DNA of 64,000 nt, taken from assembly GCF_000427805.1 (NCBI RefSeq), contig NZ_ATYS01000017.1, positions 1 through 64,000 on the forward strand, read 5' to 3'. The stretch comes from Budvicia aquatica DSM 5075 = ATCC 35567 (lineage in GTDB: Bacteria > Pseudomonadota > Gammaproteobacteria > Enterobacterales > Enterobacteriaceae). Under the pieces are notes generated by a model, which was not told the origin of the DNA, did no database searches, and saw nothing but the letters and a program-made list of their open reading frames with translations. The translations under genes were made by a program, and so were the position numbers. This document shows, piece after piece, positions 9,401-16,932 of the stretch. Numbering within the stretch: position 1 is the first letter of the stretch; every line of letters starts with the position of its first letter.

Positions 9401-11402
9401 ATATGAGAAAGGCATTCACGATCACGATGCCGTTGCCATTCTACAAAAATTAATTCCCGTTGGTGAAAGCGCAGACTTACTGCGTTTTAATCCTTTAGCC
9501 AGAAGCATTGCCGTATTGTTCTGGCAGCATATCCAGAAAGAACCGCTGCCTTCCCTCTGGCCCGAGCGTGCCCGGACCAGCATGAATATTTATCAGCTAT
9601 TTCGTAGCGATGCCGGGCTACAGGATTTACAGGCTGAAATCGAAGCAGACCTAAGCCTGTTTTTGTCTCAGTTCCCCATCGCCTGTCAGCCCTATCAGCA
9701 GGCTCAGGCGGCAGAGTATCTCAGTCTGGCGCTGGGCTGTTCGCCAATTGAATTCAGCTTTAGTAAGTATGCTCGTACCCTGTTCGATAGCCTACAAACT
9801 CAGTTAGAAAAAGCCCATATGTGGGGCGACTTTAATCGTTCTCAACAAAATTTAGGCGATCGTCTGGCACAGCGCTGGCTGCTGGTAGAAAACTGGTTAA
9901 CCGGTATGTGTTCACTTCCTGAGTTTTCAGCGCTGGCAACTTATATACCCGAAGCCGTTGCACTGACACTATTAGATAATCGTGTTGCTGCGCGCTTCAG
10001 CGAAGTAGATTTACACTTTACGGTCACTCAGCTAATGGGTGAACATCCGCGAATTCAGGACAGAGCATTAACCCTGAGCCTGGATGATTATTTTGGCCGT
10101 ATGCGCAAACACCGGAAAGTGTTTATTCCAGCCTACCACCGATATCAGGAACTCAGACAAAACGTTTTAAATCAGCAGCGCAAGAACCTTCGTCTGCATG
10201 AATTTAAGGCCCGCCCGCTAAGTTCTTTCGTGCGTAATAAACTGATTAACGACGTATACCTGCCGATTATCGGTGACAACATGGCTAAACAGATTGGTGC
10301 TCTGGGTGAAGGAAAACGAACCGACCTGATGGGCCTGCTGCTAATGATTTCACCACCGGGGTACGGAAAGACCACCCTGATGGAATATATTGCTAACCGC
10401 CTGGGTCTGATTTTTATGAAAATTAATGGCCCGGCTTTAGGCCATGACGTTCTTTCATTAGATCCTGAACAGGCACCCAATGCTACCGCCCGGCAAGAGC
10501 TGGAGAAGCTGAATCTGGCGTTAGAAATGGGAAATAACGTGATGTTGTATGTGGATGATATCCAGCATACTAACCCTGAGTTCCTACAGAAATTTATTTC
10601 ACTGTGTGACGGTACCCGCCGCATTGAAGGGGTATGGAAAGGCAAAACAAAAACCTACGATATGCGCGGTAAAAAATTCTGCGTTGTCATGGCCGGTAAC
10701 CCTTATACCGAATCCGGTGACGTATTCCGCATTCCTGATATGTTAGCCAACCGAGCCGATATCTATAACTTAGGTGAAGTTCTGGGCGGCATGGAGGAAG
10801 CCTTTGCGCTGAGCTACATTGAAAATAGCCTGACCTCTAACCCGGTCTTAGCGCCGCTAGCCCTACGGGATATGAATGACCTTTATCAGTTTGTCGATAA
10901 AGCAATGGGTAAACCTTTCTCAAATAATAACTTAAGCTATAACTATAGCGACGCAGAAATCAATGAAATCGTTGCCGTGATTGAACGCATTATCATCATG
11001 CGTGATACCGTGCTGAAAGTGAACCAACAGTACATTGCCAGCGCGGCTCAGTCCGACAAGTACCGCACGGAGCCAAGCTTTAAGCTACAGGGTAGCTATC
11101 GCAATATGAATAAGCTCAGTGAGAAAATATCTTCCGTGATGAACCCGGCCGAAGTCCGGCGAATTCTCGACGATCACTACTTAGGTGAAGCCCAACTGCT
11201 AACTCACGGTGCAGAGGAAAACTTACTTAAATTAGCTGAAATTCGCGACTTGATGTCGCCAACTGAAGAAACTCGCTGGCAGCAAATAAAGCATGACTTT
11301 ATGCGCAATAAGGCACTCGGCGGTGATAATGCCGAGGTCGGAGATCGGGTGGTTGCGCAGCTTGCTGATTTAGTTGAAAGCGTTCAGGCCTTGGGTAAAT
11401 AA
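6453..11402 (+). CDS. Giant (1649 aa) soluble coiled-coil protein with C-terminal AAA+ (MoxR/AAA_5-like) ATPase domain; function unknown
   Basis: Uninterrupted 4.9 kb ORF. Walker A is PPGYGKTTL and Walker B is VMLYVDDIQ. Sensor-1-like VVMAGNP and an Arg-rich segment lie in the last ~350 aa. Long Q/E/L-rich predicted coiled-coil stretches occupy the middle. No TM segments. The start may instead be the ATG at 6465 (MSDNQ...). Confidence 0.75.
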   Translation: MLNAMSDNQDNNREQELLDNAVAEGGAYDILRKRLSEQGQQLHEKAKQLNGRRLEEFGKSQMDIIGRIRIRTENNCVARDIVRVGEWLLFGYNVFIGLKKETRIEDVFSLYRLTENEGEYDVEPVALTGTFLNINSFVQDFNELYTYYKNTQLLQLVEREGKLLASFQIGERITDVRVFRWSISSDKTEIKYIDNRGERDIALPPAYDFEWHKTTRENAVNGRYSHMNILDTVFVETIGGDLTIKCENNTEDGLGIYREAVLDKTQSLDDAQIEYAQAGPLILLKILPYREESWRYLVYNTLSQTAMRIDAIGLACIQLPEDHGIIFPGGYYLQNGEYKTFDQPMDGMRFRRIRRSPNGEDVLYIFYEPNFGRLALFNYNMIERKLHNPLFGHGYAMLEDGRMVLFEGQSNEPTRIHPMQVWQTPYYSDEYAALQPAKNSFFGRIGNAELVRGISDLYHIAREIEQQQISSQLYEKLSQDARRLIDIYYWLNDEQSLHASILLKEISQTGELVLDEYEKVESIRRQSERAMSEATSRQKQLILSLLPDSWSNAQQFVDALNELNVHRGQLITLRDYRYIDLDRLDEMEQQLTESQQRISLATADFLASDKALLPFTQQLQSLEKQTQEATNNVQLNEPLAGMEKMSADLDMLSNLMASLKFEDTIQQTHIIESISEIYARLNQARARLQQRRKEQGSVESIAQFGAQFKLFSQGITNALTLASDPERCDEQLSRLLVQLEELESQFSEQEEFLNDILSKREELLETFESHKQSLLDERQRKSQNLTVAADRLLDSLQRRTARFNTLDELNAFFASDPLSIKTREIIERLRGLKDSVKADDIDAKFKAARDQAIRSLRDKSEIYEDGGNVIKLGPRHRFSVNTQELDLTILPRGEQLYLHLTGTDYQEPIESDELETLKEYWQISIESESPEVYRGEYLAYSLIYAASKEQDGLTLDKLISLLHEPEALEKTVRDFASPRYKEGYEKGIHDHDAVAILQKLIPVGESADLLRFNPLARSIAVLFWQHIQKEPLPSLWPERARTSMNIYQLFRSDAGLQDLQAEIEADLSLFLSQFPIACQPYQQAQAAEYLSLALGCSPIEFSFSKYARTLFDSLQTQLEKAHMWGDFNRSQQNLGDRLAQRWLLVENWLTGMCSLPEFSALATYIPEAVALTLLDNRVAARFSEVDLHFTVTQLMGEHPRIQDRALTLSLDDYFGRMRKHRKVFIPAYHRYQELRQNVLNQQRKNLRLHEFKARPLSSFVRNKLINDVYLPIIGDNMAKQIGALGEGKRTDLMGLLLMISPPGYGKTTLMEYIANRLGLIFMKINGPALGHDVLSLDPEQAPNATARQELEKLNLALEMGNNVMLYVDDIQHTNPEFLQKFISLCDGTRRIEGVWKGKTKTYDMRGKKFCVVMAGNPYTESGDVFRIPDMLANRADIYNLGEVLGGMEEAFALSYIENSLTSNPVLAPLALRDMNDLYQFVDKAMGKPFSNNNLSYNYSDAEINEIVAVIERIIIMRDTVLKVNQQYIASAAQSDKYRTEPSFKLQGSYRNMNKLSEKISSVMNPAEVRRILDDHYLGEAQLLTHGAEENLLKLAEIRDLMSPTEETRWQQIKHDFMRNKALGGDNAEVGDRVVAQLADLVESVQALGK

Positions 11403-11407
11403 CCTTA

Positions 11408-11974
11408 ATGAAAGCGTGGATAAAACAACGAGTCTGGATTCTAAGCATACTGACTACCGTGCTAATTATTATACAGTGTATAAATTCAGTTACCGGTGAT
11501 GCTTTAAATAATTTCGGCATACTTCCCCGAACCACTCGGGGACTGGTCGGTATATTATGCGCCCCTTGGCTGCACAGTAACTGGGAGCATTTATTCAGTA
11601 ACTTACCAATATTACTGATCTTAAGTGCGTTATTAATTAGCCAGTCTGTCCGCGATTATATTAAGTCTAGTATTTTTATTATTCTATTCAGCGGCCTTTT
11701 GGTTTGGATTTTTGCCCGTACCGCCATTCATATTGGCGCCAGCGGATGGATTTTCGGACTATGGGCTCTACTACTAGCCAGAGCATTTACCCAGCGTAGC
11801 CTGCTGGATTTTATCTTTGCCGCAGTGGTCTTCATCTATTACGGTGGCATAACATCAGGAATGATACCGGGAACACCCGGTATCTCTTTTGAAGCGCATA
11901 TTGCAGGTGTTATCGCCGGCTTAAGTTATGCTCTGCTAACTCGGAAAAAGCCCCGGATAGAAGTAAGTCCGTAG
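11408..11974 (+). CDS. Rhomboid-family intramembrane serine protease (short 6-TM form)
   Basis: Six hydrophobic helices. Motifs present: HxxxN (HLFSN), GxSG (GASG) and AHxxG (AHIAG). The start codon lies 5 nt after the stop of the giant ATPase gene. Confidence 0.6.
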   Translation: MKAWIKQRVWILSILTTVLIIIQCINSVTGDALNNFGILPRTTRGLVGILCAPWLHSNWEHLFSNLPILLILSALLISQSVRDYIKSSIFIILFSGLLVWIFARTAIHIGASGWIFGLWALLLARAFTQRSLLDFIFAAVVFIYYGGITSGMIPGTPGISFEAHIAGVIAGLSYALLTRKKPRIEVSP

Positions 11975-12255
11975 CGCGGCTAATACGTTTCAAATTTATT
12001 TTATTTAAATGCAAAAGAGTATTTTTTCGAATTAAAACCTATTAATTCCAATAAATGCCGTCATAAAGACTGGATGATATATTACAGCCCTATTTTTAGT
12101 ATTAAATGCTTTATTTTGGCTTGCGATTAAAGCAAACTACCTTAAAAGAGACGGGTATAACGTTAACAAGATATTAACGATGGAAATACTCTGTTCCAGA
12201 TCAAAGAATATATATCGCTGACTTCTGATTATTTGAATTTTGATATTTTTATTTT

Positions 12256-12954
12256 ATGGATAACGTGGATATGGATAATGCTGCACTGGAAGATTATCTA
12301 AAAACAACGCTTGCTGATTTATCATTAAGTCAGTCTGAACGTAATCAACTTCGTGAGCTAGGGCAAACATTAAATCTGGAACAGTCCAGCTTTATGCGTA
12401 ATCGCGCATTTGATTTAGTGAGAGCTCAATTAACATCAGCCCCTGAGGACCTCCAGCCAACATTAAAATGGCTGGAGCTTGTGATCAAAACTCTCGATAT
12501 CAGCAGCATCCAACCCAAAATTAATTCCGCCGCCTATTTCTCCCCGGGTGAAGCCTGCCGGGAGAAAATTCGTTCAATGCTGGCTCAGAGCCGTCAGAAA
12601 GCAGACATCTGTGTTTTCACCATCGCAGATGATGTGCTTACAGAAGCGATTCTAAATGCCCACCAACGAAACGTTCAAATAAGAATAATTACTGATAACG
12701 ATAAATCAGAAGACAGCGGTAGCGATATTGAATATCTGCAAAATAAAGGTATCGCCATCGCGATGGATAATAGCCCATATCATATGCACCATAAGTTCGC
12801 GCTTTTCGATAATAGTTTTCTGCTCAACGGCAGTTTTAACTGGACGCGGAGCGCTTCTCAGCAAAATCAAGAGAACGTGTTAGTAACTGACGATATAACA
12901 TTACTCACCGCCTACCAAAAAGAATTTAATAAACTATGGACGCAGTTTAACTAA
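12256..12954 (+). CDS. Phospholipase D-family (single HKD, Nuc-like) nuclease/phosphodiesterase, cytoplasmic
   Basis: Canonical HxKx4Dx6GSxN motif (HHKFALFDNSFLLNGSFNWTRSA). No signal peptide. The gene is low-GC relative to its neighbours and has an AT-rich upstream region. Confidence 0.7.
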   Translation: MDNVDMDNAALEDYLKTTLADLSLSQSERNQLRELGQTLNLEQSSFMRNRAFDLVRAQLTSAPEDLQPTLKWLELVIKTLDISSIQPKINSAAYFSPGEACREKIRSMLAQSRQKADICVFTIADDVLTEAILNAHQRNVQIRIITDNDKSEDSGSDIEYLQNKGIAIAMDNSPYHMHHKFALFDNSFLLNGSFNWTRSASQQNQENVLVTDDITLLTAYQKEFNKLWTQFN

Positions 12955-13147
12955 TGGAAAATTTCATATTAATGCTGGCTATGGAGGTAAAAAAATCGAA
13001 GACTGCATTTAAGTTTACCGCTAAAGAAAAGGTAGATATACTCCCCGCACAAGGAAGTTTCACTCTACGCAAAGATTGCATAAAGTTCCCTCATTTCGTC
13101 GCGCCCTCTATGCAATTCCGTTACTTTCTCTACAAAACAGAATAAAT

Positions 13148-14518
13148 ATGAATAATAAAATAAAACGAATAACTCTTTGTTTTAGTATTGCGCTAACGTT
13201 GGCGGCCTGTTCTAACCCGCCTTCACGCAAAAACTATGATTATGCACTTTCGCAAGGACAGATTGAACTCGCTCAAAAAATAGCATTAGAAGAAGGCGTC
13301 GCACCGGGTACTGATACCGCGACTGAACTTCTTTGGTCTCTTGAAGCGGGTGCCGTATTACGTATGGCAGATCAGGTAGATCGCTCAACCAAAGTTCTTG
13401 ATGGCAGTGAGTTATTGATTAAAGACAACGAAACGCAAAATCTGGCGTCCTCTGGGCTTAGTCAAGCTGCATCAATGATTGTTAATGATAACGTGATGAG
13501 CTACACCCCGCGTGTATACGATCGGGTTATGGTTAACACTTATAAAGCATTAAACTTCTGGCAACAGGCTAACTTTAGCGATGCTCGCGTAGAATGGAAC
13601 CGGGTTGACGATCGTCAACGTCGTGCTGCGGAATATTTCTCTAAAGAAATTAATGCTCAAAAATCAGAAGTTAAAAGTAATAAAATCGGCGACAGTTACT
13701 CTCAGTCAATGGAAGCCCTTGAAGGATCAGGTATTGATGTATCTAAATGGGCACCTTATGATGGTTACATTAACCCGGCATCCCTGTATTTGCATGGCCT
13801 GTACTTCTTAATTAACAGCGAAAGTGCGGCTGATTACACCAAAGCAAAAGAGAGTCTAAAACGCGCTTACGCACTGACTCGCAGCAACCAAATTCGTGCT
13901 GATATTGCACTCGCTAATAAAGGCCGTACCGTTGCTCCCGGCGTTTGGGTTATTTTTGAGAATGGTCTGGCAGCCAGAAAAACTGAACGGCGTATTGATT
14001 TACCTCTGATTCTGGTTACAAAAAGCGTGGCCTATACCGGTATGGCTTTGCCCGTTCTGGAATCAGGTAGCCCGGCTTACCCTTACCTTTCGGTAAATGG
14101 CTCTCAAAAAACCGAGTCGTTTGCCAGTATGGATAAGATCATTGAGGGTGAGTTTAAGACTGAGTTTACCGGCATTTTGATCAAAGAGATCTCTCGGGCC
14201 ATCTTAAAAACCGCGGCTCAGGCGACGATGATGAATTCGGATAACAGCACGGTTAAGCTTATCGGCGCATTAACCGGTATTGCACAAGCCGTCAGTACAC
14301 AGGCTGATATTCGTAGCTGGCATGCTTTACCTTATGATTTCCAGGTTGCTTACGTTAAGTGGCCGAAAAGCGGACAAATTCAAATTAGTCCACCTGGAGG
14401 CGAAGCAATTAACGTTGATTTACCCGCAACGCCTCAACCCGTTGTCGTTTATGTGCGAGTGCTGAACGCTGGTTCTGCTCCACAAGTTAGCGTACTAACC
14501 AGTAAAAATGCGATGTAA
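13148..14518 (+). CDS. Predicted envelope lipoprotein (456 aa), function unknown
   Basis: Lipobox LTLAAC after a short basic N-terminus. The start was reassigned to the internal ATG at 13148; the ORF-track start lies further upstream. Confidence 0.55.
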   Translation: MNNKIKRITLCFSIALTLAACSNPPSRKNYDYALSQGQIELAQKIALEEGVAPGTDTATELLWSLEAGAVLRMADQVDRSTKVLDGSELLIKDNETQNLASSGLSQAASMIVNDNVMSYTPRVYDRVMVNTYKALNFWQQANFSDARVEWNRVDDRQRRAAEYFSKEINAQKSEVKSNKIGDSYSQSMEALEGSGIDVSKWAPYDGYINPASLYLHGLYFLINSESAADYTKAKESLKRAYALTRSNQIRADIALANKGRTVAPGVWVIFENGLAARKTERRIDLPLILVTKSVAYTGMALPVLESGSPAYPYLSVNGSQKTESFASMDKIIEGEFKTEFTGILIKEISRAILKTAAQATMMNSDNSTVKLIGALTGIAQAVSTQADIRSWHALPYDFQVAYVKWPKSGQIQISPPGGEAINVDLPATPQPVVVYVRVLNAGSAPQVSVLTSKNAM

Positions 14519-14575
14519 TGGACTATATCCAAAACGCATCGTGCTGAACTTTTAAACTGTATTGAGAGCTTTATA

Positions 14576-15190
14576 ATGAATATTTTTAATAGAAAAACAT
14601 TTCTTGCCGCTGCAGTAGCGCTGTCTTTAGCTGGCTGTGCACAGGAAGGTGCTTATTACGTAGATAGTTCTTCTGATAATGTTGCCGTTATGGGCCTGGA
14701 CTATAAAGACTTCGAAATGGCTGCTTCTAGCATGGTTGAAGATATGCTGAGCTCAGACTTACTGGTTCACCCACAGGGCGGCCGTTATGTTTTAACCGTT
14801 ACCGGCATCGTCAATGATACTGACCAACGTATCGATACCGACCAGTTAACTAAAAAAATCCGTACCAGCCTGTTAAATTCCGGTCGTTTTGTTGTGACTA
14901 CCGCAATTAGTGCCAACGGCCCGGAAGACGAGATGACGCGTAAAGTTCGTCAATTGCGTAACTCTAAAATGGTTAACCAAAAAACAGTTAAGAAAGATGG
15001 CCGCGTAATTGCCCCAGACTTCTCATTAACGGGTAAAATCATTCAGCAAAACCAACGTGTGAATTCAAAAACACAGCAAGTTGAATACTATTTCCAGTTA
15101 ACGTTAACCAATTTGGATGACGGTTTAGCCTATTGGGAAAAAGAGTATCCAATCATCAAGCGTGGCGACAATCGCACTGCAAGTTGGTAA
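14576..15190 (+). CDS. Predicted lipoprotein (204 aa), LpoB-like/TolB-N-like fold suggested
   Basis: Lipobox LSLAGC. The V/T-rich beta pattern (YVLTVTGIVNDTD...RFVVTT) resembles LpoB/CsgG-like modules. Confidence 0.5.
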   Translation: MNIFNRKTFLAAAVALSLAGCAQEGAYYVDSSSDNVAVMGLDYKDFEMAASSMVEDMLSSDLLVHPQGGRYVLTVTGIVNDTDQRIDTDQLTKKIRTSLLNSGRFVVTTAISANGPEDEMTRKVRQLRNSKMVNQKTVKKDGRVIAPDFSLTGKIIQQNQRVNSKTQQVEYYFQLTLTNLDDGLAYWEKEYPIIKRGDNRTASW

Positions 15191-15268
15191 GGTCGGCGTT
15201 GCACCGTATGCCTGTTTAATCAACATACGGTGCGATTTATATTATTTTTACCCATTAGGGCTTTCTTA

Positions 15269-16639
15269 ATGAAAAAATGGATATTGGTACTAGTAGGTCT
15301 TTTGGCAGTTTCACCTGCAGTGTATGCAAAAATTGAAACTGTTGATGCTCAGGGATATGGCGAGACCTACGAAAAAGCGGTTGATGCTGCTTTGGCTGAT
15401 GCCGTTCGTCAGGTTAACGGAATGACCGTAAGTACTCAGTCAGAACGCGCTGGTGATTATGTTCGGGTTAAAGACAAATCTGATGCCACAATTGAAGGAA
15501 AAGGCACCTACGTTCAAGATACTAAGAACAAAGATGACTCTTTTCTAGGCAACAAAGGTGTAGACAGTACGCTGACCGAGAATTTAGATGTGAATGTTGG
15601 TGGTAACGCTAACCGTGACTTAACCGTAAACACCGGTAAAAGTGCACAAATTAACACTCGCAGCTCCGGTACGGTAAAGGGTTATAAAGTTAAATCCCGT
15701 GACTGTGACCCAAAAGGATGTACCGTTCTCCTGAGCGTTGATATTGATAAAGTTGAGCGTAAAACCTCTCAGGCTAATTCTAAACGCGATCGCCTGGCGG
15801 TCATTACTACCGGTAACCGCAGTCGTTCAGCCTTTGCTAATCAGCTCCGCCAAGAAATCACTGACCGTATCGTTCAGTCGCAGCGTTTCACCGTATTAGA
15901 CCGCAGCACAACCAACGATAAAGCCTTCGAACAGGAAGAAGCCTTCTTGGAAGGTCGCCTGAATAATTCGGTTGATATCAAGCAAGCTGCCCTTCCGGCT
16001 GATTACCTATTGGTTATCAACGTGACGGAAGCGGGTGTTAATACTAAGACTAAAGTGACCAGCGTTGACTTAACCGGTGAATTTGACGTAACCCGCACCA
16101 GCAAAACTAAAGTGACCGTGCGTTATTCCCTGCTTGAAGCGGCCACTCACGGCATTCAATGGTCTGACTCTAGTGTATTTGAGCAAGGTGGCCGTTATTT
16201 AGAAACCGCCCGCCAACAAATCAGCGACGTTATTGCCGATAAAATTGTCAACAAACTGACTCCGGCGAAAGTCGTCAGCGTTTCTAACGGTCAAGTCATT
16301 ATTAACCGTGGTGAAGCAATGACCTACTTAGGCGACCGTTTTGATATTTATTCTCAAGGCGAGGAGCTGATAGACCCTGATACGGGTGAAACCTTAGGCG
16401 CAACAGAAGAAAAAGTAGCGACTATTGCTATCGATAGTGTTAAAGACAAAATCTCTTATGGCATTGTTGAAAGCGGAAAAATTGAGTCTATCGAAAAAGG
16501 CGCAATTGCCCGACTGGCTCCACCTCTGCCGGTAGAGAAAAAAGCGACCGATAAAAAGGTGACTAAGACCAAAACAACGCCAAAACCTAAAGCTGATGCA
16601 CAGAAGCTGGGTGATTCTGGCGGCGTTTTCCTTAAATAG
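15269..16639 (+). CDS. Secreted periplasmic/outer-membrane-associated protein with C-terminal CsgG-like domain
   Basis: Sec signal MKKWILVLVGLLAVSPAVYA. The central region has a CsgG/LPP20-like pattern (RLAVITTGN...RFTVLDRS...ADYLLVINVTEAG). K/T-rich C-terminal tail. Start taken at the internal ATG at 15269. Confidence 0.5.
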   Translation: MKKWILVLVGLLAVSPAVYAKIETVDAQGYGETYEKAVDAALADAVRQVNGMTVSTQSERAGDYVRVKDKSDATIEGKGTYVQDTKNKDDSFLGNKGVDSTLTENLDVNVGGNANRDLTVNTGKSAQINTRSSGTVKGYKVKSRDCDPKGCTVLLSVDIDKVERKTSQANSKRDRLAVITTGNRSRSAFANQLRQEITDRIVQSQRFTVLDRSTTNDKAFEQEEAFLEGRLNNSVDIKQAALPADYLLVINVTEAGVNTKTKVTSVDLTGEFDVTRTSKTKVTVRYSLLEAATHGIQWSDSSVFEQGGRYLETARQQISDVIADKIVNKLTPAKVVSVSNGQVIINRGEAMTYLGDRFDIYSQGEELIDPDTGETLGATEEKVATIAIDSVKDKISYGIVESGKIESIEKGAIARLAPPLPVEKKATDKKVTKTKTTPKPKADAQKLGDSGGVFLK

Positions 16640-16661
16640 GTTAAGCTCGCTTATACACCAT

Positions 16662-16698
16662 AAAAATAGCTAACCTCACGGTTGGCTATTTTTTTATC
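16662..16698 (+). terminator. Rho-independent terminator ending the lipoprotein cluster
   Basis: AAATAGCTAACC...GGTTGGCTATTTTTTTAT hairpin plus T-run. Confidence 0.6.
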
Positions 16699-16932
16699 TG
16701 AAACTAGCGTGTTAAAAATACAGATTGTGAAAATAACACTAGGCCGCTATATCCCCCTGTCTAGATAACCTGAGGCATTAAGCCTTTAAATCAATAAGAC
16801 TCCCGATATCGGCAATAAACTGTTAAACATATCTTACCTTATCAAATACACAGGCTTATAATCGTTGGTAACAGCCTCGTGACTGACTAAAGCGCCCACA
16901 AACTCGTTCGTCCCTGTTCAGGGAATCCGTTA

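Noticed and set aside
10172-10645. 157-aa antisense ORF inside the giant ATPase gene, plus other 60-130 aa ORFs nested in yqiK, amiD, metG, lysP, fruK and others
   Set aside because: All lie wholly within and opposite to, or out of frame with, strongly supported genes. None has motifs or an RBS. They are typical shadow ORFs.
16703-16742. Long imperfect hairpin CTAGCGTGTTA...TAACACTAG upstream of yqhD considered as a regulator operator
   Set aside because: It has one mismatch and a 17-nt loop. No cognate regulator (yqhC) is present and it may simply be secondary structure. Mentioned only for completeness.
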